A DNA stretch of 63,633 bases, filler included, from Octopus bimaculoides (lineage: Eukaryota): assembly GCF_001194135.2 (NCBI RefSeq). It is 7 parts of 6 records of this genome, joined end to end, with 100 filler letters (N's around TTAATTAATTAA, not from the genome) between each part and the next. Parts side by side here need not be neighbours in the genome. Positions count along the whole stretch, not along the records: positions 62,244 to 63,633 come from NC_068984.1; 6 more parts are not named here. The stretch is one strand, 5' to 3'. Numbering within the stretch: position 1 is the first letter of the stretch; each line of letters opens with the position of its first letter. This document shows, one piece after another, positions 63,291-63,633 of the stretch. The position numbers and the translations under genes were made by a program. Under the pieces are notes generated by a model. The model had not been told where the DNA came from. It ran no database searches and worked only from the letters and a program-made list of their open reading frames with translations.

Positions 63291-63633
63291 CCAGCGTTCA
63301 CTATTTTCCTTTCGTTCTGGTCTAACCACCCTCCATGTTTGATCTCGTTCGATTTCCTTGTATGACTTTACAGTCCTGTTTTTGTTTCCAACTTTGACCC
63401 TCCATAAATCCTAAATCTTATTCTGGAATTTCTGGGAGTAACTGTCTTTAAAGACTTATATTGTCATTGAATGCTCGAAATGAGGAGTAATAGACAACCG
63501 ACAACTGATGAAGGGTATTTCTCTGTGTTTACTTATCCTGTTTTCCATTTTTTTCTCTCGTTGCTTACGTATTTAACACGTTTGTTTTCGTATTTCATGT
63601 TGTTTACGCAGTTGGTGACGTCCTGTACCTATA

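Noticed and set aside
63470-63530. cgaaa...ctgatgaaggg permuted hammerhead-like boxes
   Set aside because: No convincing stems could be drawn.
1-63633. CRISPR arrays, rRNA genes or prokaryotic operons
   Set aside because: None seen; the window is eukaryotic, with spliceosomal introns.

Overview
AT- and microsatellite-rich animal genomic DNA. It is probably a coleoid cephalopod such as octopus; this is inferred from the tRNA-derived SINE families, the repeat landscape and TTAGGG repeats. Six artificial 100-bp spacers (44N-TTAATTAATTAA-44N) split the window into seven pieces, so adjacency across them is unproven. Host genes: (1) a complete SRSF3/SRSF7-type SR splicing factor on + (RRM, CCHC zinc knuckle, RS tail, about 168 aa) with a candidate poison exon in the intron after the zinc-knuckle exon; (2) three minus-strand exons of a GPR158/179-ectodomain-like protein in which an EGF-like exon precedes a Cache module, implying tandem modules; (3) an isolated METTL27-like methyltransferase exon; (4) an orphan ATG-containing first exon. 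The rest is decayed mobile DNA: several SINE families, L1/Tx1, RTE, CRE-like and Penelope retroelements, mariner, piggyBac and Helitron. Best leads: the SR poison exon, the tandem Cache-EGF protein, a hammerhead-ribozyme-like motif near 62.8 kb, and a 202-bp foldback element with opposed telomeric arrays. Most ORFs in the supplied track are microsatellite or N-gap artefacts.
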